A DNA stretch of 64,000 bases. It comes from Candidatus Pelagibacterales bacterium. GTDB lineage: Bacteria > Pseudomonadota > Alphaproteobacteria > Pelagibacterales > AG-422-B15. Made by a program: the position numbers and the translations under genes. Position 1 is the first letter of the stretch. The number at the start of each line of letters is the position of its first letter. The notes under the pieces are model-generated. The model made no database searches and had not been told where the DNA came from. It saw nothing but the letters and a program-made list of their open reading frames with translations. This document shows positions 1-8,322 of this stretch, in pieces. Location of the stretch: NCBI GenBank assembly GCA_029242795.1, contig JAQWTH010000008.1:11260-75259 (forward strand). Direction: 5' to 3'.

Positions 1-758
1 ATTGTAGGACTCAACTGTTCTCTTAAACCCGTCCACATTTGAAGTGGAATAGTTGTCAATGATCTCTCGCCACCGGCTACAAATAGAATTACGACAATTT
101 CATCAAAAGATGTTACGAATGCAAACAAAGCTCCAGAAATGATTCCAGGAAGTATAAGAGGTAAAGTAATTTTAAAAAAAGTATTTGTTGGAGGACTTCC
201 TAAGCTTGATGCAGCGCGCGTAATGCTATCATCAAACCCACTAAGTGTAGCCGTGACTGTTATAACTACAAAAGGGGTTCCTAAAATTATATGAGCAATG
301 ATTATGCCTGGAAATGTTGCTGCTAATCCAACTTTAGCAAGTGAAAAGAATATTGCTGATCCTGAAATGATTAAAGGAATTATCATTGGAGAAATTAAAA
401 CACTCATAATCAACTGTTTATATGGCATATAGCGGCTGCTTAATCCGAGAGCGGCAATTGTTCCAAGGGTTGTAGCTCCAATAGTGGAGAAGAATGCGTA
501 ATAGAAACTATTTCGTACCGCTATTCCCCAAGGATTTTTAGTTCCATAGATCATATCTTCATACCAGCGTAATGAAAATGCGTCAGGATCGAGTGCAATC
601 ATTCCTTTTGAGAAATGAATATACTGCTCAGCGTTGAATGAAAGTGGGATAATTACAAATAGTGGAGCTATTAAAAAAATAAATATTGAAGTGCAAATAA
701 TGAGATAGCTATAATGCCATATGCGATATCGCATTTCTGTATATTTTGGTAAAGCCAT
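1..758 (-). CDS. ABC transporter permease, PotC-like (3' end cut by window edge)
   Basis: Absent from the ORF track because it runs off the window. The minus-strand ATG at 758-756 overlaps the TAA of the upstream permease (TAATG). My translation is MALPKYTEMRYRIWHYSYLIICTSIFIFLIAPLFVIIPLSFNAEQYIHFSKG... and later ...FFKITLPLILPGIISGALFA..., typical of a binding-protein-dependent inner-membrane component. Confidence 0.8.
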   Translation of the reverse strand, partial: MALPKYTEMRYRIWHYSYLIICTSIFIFLIAPLFVIIPLSFNAEQYIHFSKGMIALDPDAFSLRWYEDMIYGTKNPWGIAVRNSFYYAFFSTIGATTLGTIAALGLSSRYMPYKQLIMSVLISPMIIPLIISGSAIFFSLAKVGLAATFPGIIIAHIILGTPFVVITVTATLSGFDDSITRAASSLGSPPTNTFFKITLPLILPGIISGALFAFVTSFDEIVVILFVAGGERSLTTIPLQMWTGLREQLSPT

Positions 759-2005
759 TATCCTAACCTCATATTATCAATACCAACAATTCTATTGTAG
801 AGCCAATAAACAACTAAAACTGCAATCAATAGAACTCCTGCCATTGCAGTGGCTAAGCCCCAATCTAGAGACTTTTGCATATGATAAGCTATACGGTTAC
901 TGATAAGAACACCTTTTGATCCACCGACAAGAGCAGGCGTTATATAATATCCAATCGCTAATACAAATACTAAAATCGAACCAGCGCTTATGCCTGGATA
1001 AGTTAGAGGGAAATATATTTTTCGAAACGCATTAAATGGAGTAGAGCCCATTGAAACTGCAGCGCGCATTAAACTTGGTTGAATTGTTTTCATTACGCTA
1101 TAAAGCGGGAGAACCATAAATGGTAATAAGATCTGTGTCATCGCAATAAAAGTACCGGTCATATTATACATCAGTTCTAACCGATTATCATCGGCAACAA
1201 TCCCAATAGAGACAAGTATATCATTTAAAACCCCTTGTGTTTGAAGTAAAACCATCCAACTTGATGTTCGCACGAGCAAGGATGTCCAAAATGGTAGTAA
1301 GACACATATCATTAATAAATTTGCATAACGTGTTGGCAAGGCGGCTAGTAGATGAGCAATTGGATAAGCCAATATAAAGCAGCAAAGAGTAACGCCAACC
1401 GCTACAAAAATTGTTCTGAGCCATAAGGTGACATTGATTCTTTTTTTCTCGGGTATTTTCTCAATCGAACCATCAAATTTTTGCTCATAATCAAAAGTGG
1501 TTAAATATTTTCTTCCATGAAAAGCCTGAGTACCTCTTTTTAGAGCAAGCCAATACTCAATGTCTGCCCATCTTTTATGAACATCCATAAATTGATCAAG
1601 AAAATTTCCATTTTCATCAAATTTATCTAATTTTCTTGCAGTCTTTTTTATTAAACTAGTAAAGCCACCTTTTTCATAGTTAAGACGAGTAGCTATCTTA
1701 CCATGTTTTTTATTGGCTATGAGATCTTTTAATTCATAGTAGAAAGTTGACGTTACTTCTTCAGGAGGAAGTTCTTTTCCATCCCATTTTTCAATTACGA
1801 TCGCTGTTTTTGATAATAGTTGATTCATTTCAGTATTATCTACACTTCTGATTAGCATTTGAAAAATTGGAAAAATGTAAGCGATTAAAATGAATAATAA
1901 TAATGGGGTAACAAGAAGGAAGGCTGTCGCTCTCCTTCTGGACTCTACTTTTTTTAATTTAACGGATAAAAGTTCACCGTCTGATGTTCTAATCGCTTCT
2001 GACAC
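758..2005 (-). CDS. ABC transporter permease, PotB-like, with a long loop after TM1
   Basis: 415-aa ORF. TM1 (FLLVTPLLLFILIAYIFPIF) is followed by about 140 hydrophilic residues, then multiple TM segments and a permease-type C-terminal half (…MRAAVSMGSTPFNAFRKIYFPLTYPGI…). Same operon as the ATPase and binding protein. Confidence 0.85.
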   Translation of the reverse strand: MSEAIRTSDGELLSVKLKKVESRRRATAFLLVTPLLLFILIAYIFPIFQMLIRSVDNTEMNQLLSKTAIVIEKWDGKELPPEEVTSTFYYELKDLIANKKHGKIATRLNYEKGGFTSLIKKTARKLDKFDENGNFLDQFMDVHKRWADIEYWLALKRGTQAFHGRKYLTTFDYEQKFDGSIEKIPEKKRINVTLWLRTIFVAVGVTLCCFILAYPIAHLLAALPTRYANLLMICVLLPFWTSLLVRTSSWMVLLQTQGVLNDILVSIGIVADDNRLELMYNMTGTFIAMTQILLPFMVLPLYSVMKTIQPSLMRAAVSMGSTPFNAFRKIYFPLTYPGISAGSILVFVLAIGYYITPALVGGSKGVLISNRIAYHMQKSLDWGLATAMAGVLLIAVLVVYWLYNRIVGIDNMRLG

Positions 2006-2059
2006 AATAATAGACTAAGAAATTTACGGAAAAATAAAAGAAAAAAATTGGAATTTCCC

Positions 2060-2081
2060 AGGCAGCCTTAAAAGGCTGCCT
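2060..2081 (-). terminator. Intercistronic GC-rich hairpin downstream of the binding-protein gene (partial terminator or mRNA stabiliser)
   Basis: AGGCAGCC-TTAAAA-GGCTGCCT forms a perfect 8-bp stem 16 nt after the SBP stop codon. On the minus strand a T-rich tract follows a few nt later. GC-rich in an AT-rich spacer. Confidence 0.4.
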
Positions 2082-2096
2082 AAGAAAGGATTAGAC

Positions 2097-3212
2097 TTAA
2101 AGGTTAGCCTTCCAAGCTTCCCATGCATCATTGATTTCAGTATTATTATCCGCATAGAACTCAGGGTTCATAAGGATATAATTCTTTGTATTCGCAGGCG
2201 CAGTCGGCATGTGAGGCATAATTCTTACAGCTCCAGCTGTAGGAGAATTAAACCATGGCTCATCAGCATTGATGATATCAAGCGATGAAATACGGAAAGG
2301 TGCATAAGCAATATGCTTCGCACTTCCAGCTAAACCTTCAGAACTTGTAAAGTATTGAAGAGCCTTCATAGCTTCTTCTTGGTTTGGTCCACCTTTAACA
2401 AGCACAAAATACTCGTAATCTAGGATTTGACCATCCCAAACCATTTTCATTGGAGAACCCTCATTAACGATAGCGTTAAAATGACGGCCATTCCAACCAG
2501 TTGCCATTGTTGCTTCACCTGAAACAAGTTGTTCAGGCGGTTGTGCACCAGCTGACCAGAAAATGCAACCACCATCAGGGTGCTCACAAAGCTCTGTAAT
2601 TTTATCTAGAGCTCTATCAATTCCATTTTCTTCCATGTAATCATAAACGTCAGCAGCGGCTACTCCGTCAGCTACTAAAGCAATTTCCAAGTTCGACATT
2701 GCATTAGCATAAAGTGATCTTACGCCCTTGTATTTGTCTGCATCAAAAAAATCAGCAATTGTAGATGGAGCATTCCACTGATAAACGTCAGTGTTATATG
2801 CATAGTTCCATGAGTAAAGAATGTTTCCTACAGCACATTTACTAGGCATTGGAGCAAAGAAATCTTCACTTGCAGGCATACCATTTACGCCAGCTGGGAA
2901 GTCATTGTCGAAATCAAACTCAACAAATAGTCCTTCATCACAACCGATAATAGTGTCACGCGCATAAACATCAATGATGTCCCATGTGATTGCTCCTGAT
3001 TCAACTTGAGCTTTAACTTCACCCAGTCCACCAGAATAATCGATCCAGTTTACAGCAACGCCTGACTTTTCAGCATAAGGGTCACCATAACCTAATTTTT
3101 GACTTTCTGTATAAGCACCACCCCAAGACACAACATTTACTTCTGCTGCTGTCGCAAGAGAGGGAGCTAGGAATACAGCTGCCAATGATATTATTTTTGT
3201 TAATTTTAACAT
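2097..3212 (-). CDS. Periplasmic substrate-binding protein, PotD/PotF-like (solute-binding family 1)
   Basis: Start moved to the internal ATG at 3212, which is preceded by AAGGAG. This gives MLKLTKIISLAAVFLAPSLATAAEVNVVSWGGAYTESQ..., a clear signal peptide, followed by a polyamine/opine-type SBP-like sequence. Confidence 0.85.
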   Translation of the reverse strand: MLKLTKIISLAAVFLAPSLATAAEVNVVSWGGAYTESQKLGYGDPYAEKSGVAVNWIDYSGGLGEVKAQVESGAITWDIIDVYARDTIIGCDEGLFVEFDFDNDFPAGVNGMPASEDFFAPMPSKCAVGNILYSWNYAYNTDVYQWNAPSTIADFFDADKYKGVRSLYANAMSNLEIALVADGVAAADVYDYMEENGIDRALDKITELCEHPDGGCIFWSAGAQPPEQLVSGEATMATGWNGRHFNAIVNEGSPMKMVWDGQILDYEYFVLVKGGPNQEEAMKALQYFTSSEGLAGSAKHIAYAPFRISSLDIINADEPWFNSPTAGAVRIMPHMPTAPANTKNYILMNPEFYADNNTEINDAWEAWKANL

Positions 3213-3317
3213 TATTAAGCTTCTCCTTTTTATTATGTCGGTATTACAGAACGTATAGAACAATTTTGCAACCCTAAATTTGTGATTTTTTTGAAAAATA
3301 TATAGAAATATCAGAGA

Positions 3318-4403
3318 CTAAAAGTCTAATGCTCTACAGTCATGTCCAGTCCAACCTAATTGAACCTTATCATCGACGTTTAGTTTGATTTCATCGCTAG
3401 AATTTGGGATTTTTAGAATAAATTGATCATCATTTAGTATGTTTACCCTCACTCTTGTGTGATCCCCGTGATAAATAATCTCTTTAACCGTAGCTTCAAA
3501 TTTGTTCTCGGAGTTGTCTGGATTTATTGATACTCTCTCTGGTCTTAGAGACATTTTGGTTTTTTCACCAACAGAAGATACAGCAATTGGATTAGCTATA
3601 ACAGACTCTCCAGTGTCTGTTTCAACTTTTGCCTGACCTCCGGAAATCTCTTTAACTGTTCCCGTAATAGTATTGTTCTCTCCAATAAATTCAGCAACAA
3701 AAGAATTTACGGGAGTTTCATAAAGATCATTTGGGTTTGATAATTGTTGAATATAGCCATCGTTAAATACCGCAATACGATTTGACATTGTAAGAGCCTC
3801 ACTCTGATCATGTGTAACGTATACAACGGTAACCCCTAAACTCTCATGAATGTGTTTTAATTCATATTGCATACTTTCTCTTAAATTTTTATCAAGAGCA
3901 CCCAGTGGTTCATCCATTAGAACTAGTTGTGGATCAAAAACTAGAGACCTTGCAACAGCAACTCTTTGCTGTTGGCCTCCTGAAAGTTGTGCTGGCATTC
4001 TGTTGGCAAAATCAGATAATGAAACCATAGCAAGAGTTTTGCTAATTTTTTCATCAATTACTTCTTTAGGTATCTTACGAACTTTTAATGGAAAGGCTAA
4101 ATTTTCGTATACAGATAAATGTGGAAACAATGCATAATTTTGAAACACCATCCCTATTCCTCTTTTATGAGGAGGAATATTTGATATTGGACTACCGTCC
4201 AAATAAATCTCACCGTTGGTTGGAGTCTCAAAGCCAGCAAGCATCATCAAAGTAGTTGTTTTTCCTGAACCAGAAGGCCCAAGCAAAGTTAAAAATTCTC
4301 CTTGCGCAATATCAAGATCAAGGCCTTTTACCACGAGTAGTTCTCCGTCGTAGCTTTTATCGACTTGTTCAAATTTTACAAAATCTTGCTTTACTTCGCT
4401 CAT
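3318..4403 (-). CDS. ABC transporter ATP-binding protein, PotA-like
   Basis: Walker A GPSGSGKTT, ABC signature LSGGQQQRV and Walker B LVLMDEPLGALD. The C-terminal regulatory (TOBE-like) extension is typical of importer ATPases. Confidence 0.9.
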   Translation of the reverse strand: MSEVKQDFVKFEQVDKSYDGELLVVKGLDLDIAQGEFLTLLGPSGSGKTTTLMMLAGFETPTNGEIYLDGSPISNIPPHKRGIGMVFQNYALFPHLSVYENLAFPLKVRKIPKEVIDEKISKTLAMVSLSDFANRMPAQLSGGQQQRVAVARSLVFDPQLVLMDEPLGALDKNLRESMQYELKHIHESLGVTVVYVTHDQSEALTMSNRIAVFNDGYIQQLSNPNDLYETPVNSFVAEFIGENNTITGTVKEISGGQAKVETDTGESVIANPIAVSSVGEKTKMSLRPERVSINPDNSENKFEATVKEIIYHGDHTRVRVNILNDDQFILKIPNSSDEIKLNVDDKVQLGWTGHDCRALDF

Positions 4404-4594
4404 AATTAATCCAATTTTCTAAGTATTTTATGACTGTAACAGAAATAAAACAGCAAAATCAACAAATTTATTAAATTACTTAAAATAATTGATTGCGACA
4501 ATTTTGAGCATATTTTCATAATTAATTTAATGTATTGATCTACACAGATGATGAAATAAGTATTATATTTAGTTAGGATTAATTACTCAATATT

Positions 4595-5224
4595 ATGTCG
4601 TTCAAGATTAAAAATACAGATCTTATATCTAATTTTACTAATATGAATGAATATGTTCAGAAATATGAACATATTGAATTTGATTTAGTCAAAATGAGAC
4701 AAGCGATTGATCAACTTATAAAGATCCGTCCTTTTGAAAGGCAAGCTCCAGAGGGGTTACTGAAATCAAATGCAATTTGTCTCAACTATGATGAAAAGGA
4801 ACTGGATGAATGGTTTGGTGGCAATGTTAGAGGAAAATATTGGACAAAGCCAGATTCCTCTTTTGAAGAGATGGAAAGAGAACCTTATGTTGATGAGTCA
4901 AGATATACGTTATTTAACTCTAAGTTGAATGATACATACTTAAAACATGTATACGAAACTCTAAGCGAGCACTTTGCAATTGGAAGATGTCGAATAATAA
5001 AAATGCCTCCAAGAACAACATTAAGTTGGCACAGAGATCCAGAAAAGAGAATTCATGTTTCAATTAAAACCAACTATGGATCTAGAATGTTTATTGAAGA
5101 TACTGGCTTTCATATTCCTGCTGATGGGCATGTTTATATTACAGATAACACAAAATATCATACTGCAATTAATGGTGGTGAAGAAGACCGTATTCATCTA
5201 GTAGCAACTCTACTAAATTCCTAG
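4595..5224 (+). CDS. Cupin-fold 2-oxoglutarate/Fe(II) oxygenase-like protein (aspartyl/asparaginyl beta-hydroxylase family-like)
   Basis: 209 aa. HxD...H arrangement: LSWHRDPEKRIHVSI ... YHTAINGGEEDRIHLV resembles the Asp/Asn beta-hydroxylase family facial triad. Assignment is by motif only. Confidence 0.55.
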   Translation: MSFKIKNTDLISNFTNMNEYVQKYEHIEFDLVKMRQAIDQLIKIRPFERQAPEGLLKSNAICLNYDEKELDEWFGGNVRGKYWTKPDSSFEEMEREPYVDESRYTLFNSKLNDTYLKHVYETLSEHFAIGRCRIIKMPPRTTLSWHRDPEKRIHVSIKTNYGSRMFIEDTGFHIPADGHVYITDNTKYHTAINGGEEDRIHLVATLLNS

Positions 5225-5280
5225 TTTATAAATAAATAATTGATTGCATTGTAATATGCTTTCAGAATAAGATCAGTTAC

Positions 5281-6714
5281 ATGGAAAAATATCAGCATTA
5301 TATTAATGGAAAATGGACTAATGGTTCTTCAAAAGAAACAATCAATGTAGTAAATCCTGCAAACGGTAAAGACATAGGTCAAGTTGTATGTGCAAATAGT
5401 GATGATGTGAATGCAGCTGTAGAGTCGGCATTAAATTCATATAAATCTAGAGTCCTTGTTGATATGTTGCCAATGGAACGTGCAAAGCTAATGCGTTCAA
5501 TTGCAAATGAATTACGAGCAGTAAGTAAAGAAGGTGGAAAGCTACTGTGTCATGAAAATGGAAAGTTACTTGCTAATGCAGAATATGAATTTGTTGATGG
5601 CGCAAATTACTTTGACTACTATAGTGGAATGACTGATAAGCTAGAAGGCAGCACTATTCCAGTAAACACTAAAGTAGTAGATTACACATTGCTTGAACCC
5701 TATGGAGTCTCTGCACACATTATTCCATGGAATTTTCCAATATCCATGCTTGCTCGATCTTTAGCATGTGCTTTTGCAGCAGGTAACTCAACAGTCATTA
5801 AAACAGCAGAACTCACACCATTAGCCACAGCCTCTTTTTTTGCAAAAGCAATAGATAATGCTGGAGTACCACCAGGCCTGATTAACGTTATATGTGGTCA
5901 TGGTAATGAAGCGGGAGCTAAACTTACTGCCCACAAAGATGTTGGTCAGATAACTTTTACAGGATCAGTTGCAACAGGTAAAAAAATCCTCCATGCCGCT
6001 GCTGATAGAGCTGTTCCAGCTGTTGTAGAACTAGGCGGTAAATCAGCTGCTATTGTTTATCCTGATGCTGATTTAGACAAAGTTGTTGCATCAGCTAAAG
6101 CAGGAATTTTTGGTCAGGCTGGTCAAATATGTTCAGCTATGTCACGAGTTGTTGCTCATAAATCAATTAAAAATGAGCTTGTAGAAAAGTTAGCTAACTT
6201 GGCTTCTACAATTAAAGTAGGACCAGGAGATGCTGAAGGTAGTGAACTTACACCTGTCATATCTGAAGAGCAGGTACAAAAAGTTGAAAATTATTCACGA
6301 TCAGGTCAACAGGCTGGGGCAGAAGCTGTAGCTGGAGGAAAGCGAGTTGCAGGCGATGGTTATTTCTTTGAAGCAACTGTTTTTGATAATGTAAAACCTG
6401 ATATGACAATTGCTCAGGAGGAAATTTTTGGACCAGTCTTGTCTGTTCTTGAGTATGATGAGCCCGAAGAAGCAATTGCAATTGCGAATGGTACAGAATT
6501 TGGTTTGGCCGGTGGAGTATTCACTAGAGACCTGGATAAAGCGACAGAAACTGCAGGAAAACTTGAGGCAGGTCAGATTTATGTAAACAGTTGGTTTACT
6601 GGAAGTGTTGCCACACCTTTTGGAGGTTATAAACAATCTGGTTATAGTCGGGAAAAAGGACAAGAAGCAATTAAAAGTTATCTGCAGGTCAAAAATGTTG
6701 GCATTCAACTCTAA
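5281..6714 (+). CDS. NAD(P)+-dependent aldehyde dehydrogenase
   Basis: 477 aa with classic ALDH motifs: VELGGKSA, FGQAGQICSA (catalytic Cys), EEIFGPV and GGYKQSG. Confidence 0.9.
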   Translation: MEKYQHYINGKWTNGSSKETINVVNPANGKDIGQVVCANSDDVNAAVESALNSYKSRVLVDMLPMERAKLMRSIANELRAVSKEGGKLLCHENGKLLANAEYEFVDGANYFDYYSGMTDKLEGSTIPVNTKVVDYTLLEPYGVSAHIIPWNFPISMLARSLACAFAAGNSTVIKTAELTPLATASFFAKAIDNAGVPPGLINVICGHGNEAGAKLTAHKDVGQITFTGSVATGKKILHAAADRAVPAVVELGGKSAAIVYPDADLDKVVASAKAGIFGQAGQICSAMSRVVAHKSIKNELVEKLANLASTIKVGPGDAEGSELTPVISEEQVQKVENYSRSGQQAGAEAVAGGKRVAGDGYFFEATVFDNVKPDMTIAQEEIFGPVLSVLEYDEPEEAIAIANGTEFGLAGGVFTRDLDKATETAGKLEAGQIYVNSWFTGSVATPFGGYKQSGYSREKGQEAIKSYLQVKNVGIQL

Positions 6715-6719
6715 TTTAA

Positions 6720-7718
6720 ATGGATACGCAACTTTCTAAAGACAAAGCATTAGATCTAGCTATAAAAACATTGATTGCCTCTGGAGCTTCAGAAGAGAAT
6801 GCAATACCTCTGGCAAATGGTATCATTCAAGCAGAAATTGATGGCATTAAAAGTCATGGCTTCCATTACCTGCCAATATACTGCTTACATTTAAGTTGTA
6901 ATAAAGTTAGAGGCGATGCATCTCCAAAAAAAAATCATAAGTCAAATGTTGCTTTATCAGTAGATGCAGATAATGGCTTTGCTCATAGAGCTATTTCAAT
7001 TGGATTTGATGATTTAATTCCTTCTGCAAAAGAAAATGGGATTGCATCGTTAGCTATATCCAATTCATACAACTGTGGAGTTCTAGGTTATCATACAAAA
7101 ACAATAGCTGACGAAAATCTAATTGGCATAGGCTTTACAAACGCACCTGCATCTATCGCACCTCTTGGAGGCATTAAACCTGTTATTGGAACAAATCCTT
7201 TTTCAGTGGCAATTAAAAGTGAAGGAAGTGTTAAAATTCTAATAGACCAATCAGCAAGTGTAGTGGCTAAAAGTGAAATTGCTGTAAGGGCTAAATCTGG
7301 TGAGTCGATACCAACTGGTTGGGCTTTTGGTCCAGATGGAAAAGATACAACTGATCCATCAATTGCGCTAAAAGGCACGATGGCTCCAAGTGGAGGGTAT
7401 AAAGGTTTTGGAGTAGGTTTATTTGTTGAAATAATGGCAGCATGTCTCACAGGTTCAAGTTTAGGAATTGATGCTAGCTCATTTGCTGATGATACCGGTG
7501 GTCCTCCGGGTACGGGTCAATTTTTTATAGCTATTAATCCAGAAAAATTTTCAAATAGTTTTGATGATAGAATTATTAATTTAATTAATGCAGTTGAGTC
7601 TCAAGAGAACGCTCGAGTTCCTGGGGCTAAAAGAATTAATAATGCTAAAGTAAACTCTAACTCTTCAATCACAATCAAAGAAGATCTTTATAATAAAATA
7701 TTATCTCTTCAATCTTAA
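6720..7718 (+). CDS. Ldh_2 family (malate/L-lactate/ureidoglycolate-type) NAD(P)H dehydrogenase
   Basis: 332 aa. SHGFHYLPIY, GTNPFSVA and GYKGFG motifs are typical of the type-2 malate/lactate dehydrogenase family. Lies 5 nt after the ALDH stop codon, so probably co-transcribed. Confidence 0.8.
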   Translation: MDTQLSKDKALDLAIKTLIASGASEENAIPLANGIIQAEIDGIKSHGFHYLPIYCLHLSCNKVRGDASPKKNHKSNVALSVDADNGFAHRAISIGFDDLIPSAKENGIASLAISNSYNCGVLGYHTKTIADENLIGIGFTNAPASIAPLGGIKPVIGTNPFSVAIKSEGSVKILIDQSASVVAKSEIAVRAKSGESIPTGWAFGPDGKDTTDPSIALKGTMAPSGGYKGFGVGLFVEIMAACLTGSSLGIDASSFADDTGGPPGTGQFFIAINPEKFSNSFDDRIINLINAVESQENARVPGAKRINNAKVNSNSSITIKEDLYNKILSLQS

Positions 7719-7737
7719 TTAAAATAAATCCAATTAC

Positions 7738-8322
7738 TTAATAATGATGATAGCTTTCACTTTCTTCAACGAAAGTTTCACTGGAAAGTTTGTATAAGCT
7801 GTCCCATACATTTGCATCAAAAGTATCTTCATTTTCAATCACATTAATTGTTAAGCGTTCAGTGGATTTTAGTATTTTTTTTCTCAAGTCAGAATTTGAT
7901 GAAATATAATTGTTTAAATTTAATAAAATTTCAATTTCGTCAAATTTAACCTGGATCATTTTTCCAATTTTATATGATATCCTATTGAGAAAGGGGATAA
8001 GTAATATTGGAAAATCTATTGACTGAATTGATAGAGTTTTTAGTTCCATAACTCTATTTGATGCATCCATCAAAGCTACCCCAGTGTATATTGGACAAAA
8101 ATTACCCTCTTTCAGGCTATTTTTATGTTCAATCTTTTTAGGTCCTTTTGGTTCAACGTTTTTAATTTGTTTTAAATAATCATTTAAGTTTTCAAGACCA
8201 GAAATCTGATACAGCTCTAATGATTTAATACATTTCCCAACTTCTTCAGAAACACCCCAAGTAAATCCTGCTGCTCGAGAAGCTCTTTTAGAGATTGTTT
8301 CAATTTCACTAGAAGTTCTCAT
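7738..8322 (-). CDS. Hypothetical protein, 194 aa (N-terminus reminiscent of DUF3726)
   Basis: ATGA overlap with the upstream 553-aa ORF (8319-8322). The N-terminus SKRASRAAGFTWGVSEEVGK resembles, from memory, the DUF3726 consensus. No catalytic motif recognised. Confidence 0.6.
   Translation of the reverse strand: MRTSSEIETISKRASRAAGFTWGVSEEVGKCIKSLELYQISGLENLNDYLKQIKNVEPKGPKKIEHKNSLKEGNFCPIYTGVALMDASNRVMELKTLSIQSIDFPILLIPFLNRISYKIGKMIQVKFDEIEILLNLNNYISSNSDLRKKILKSTERLTINVIENEDTFDANVWDSLYKLSSETFVEESESYHHY

Noticed and set aside
721-903. 60-aa plus-strand ORF at the junction of the two permease genes
   Set aside because: It overlaps two well-supported minus-strand permease genes in antisense and has no motif or RBS.
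6257-6708. Minus-strand ORFs (74 aa and 135 aa) within the aldehyde dehydrogenase gene
   Set aside because: They are antisense to a gene with unambiguous ALDH motifs and have low-complexity, Cys/Phe-rich composition typical of spurious frames in AT-rich DNA.
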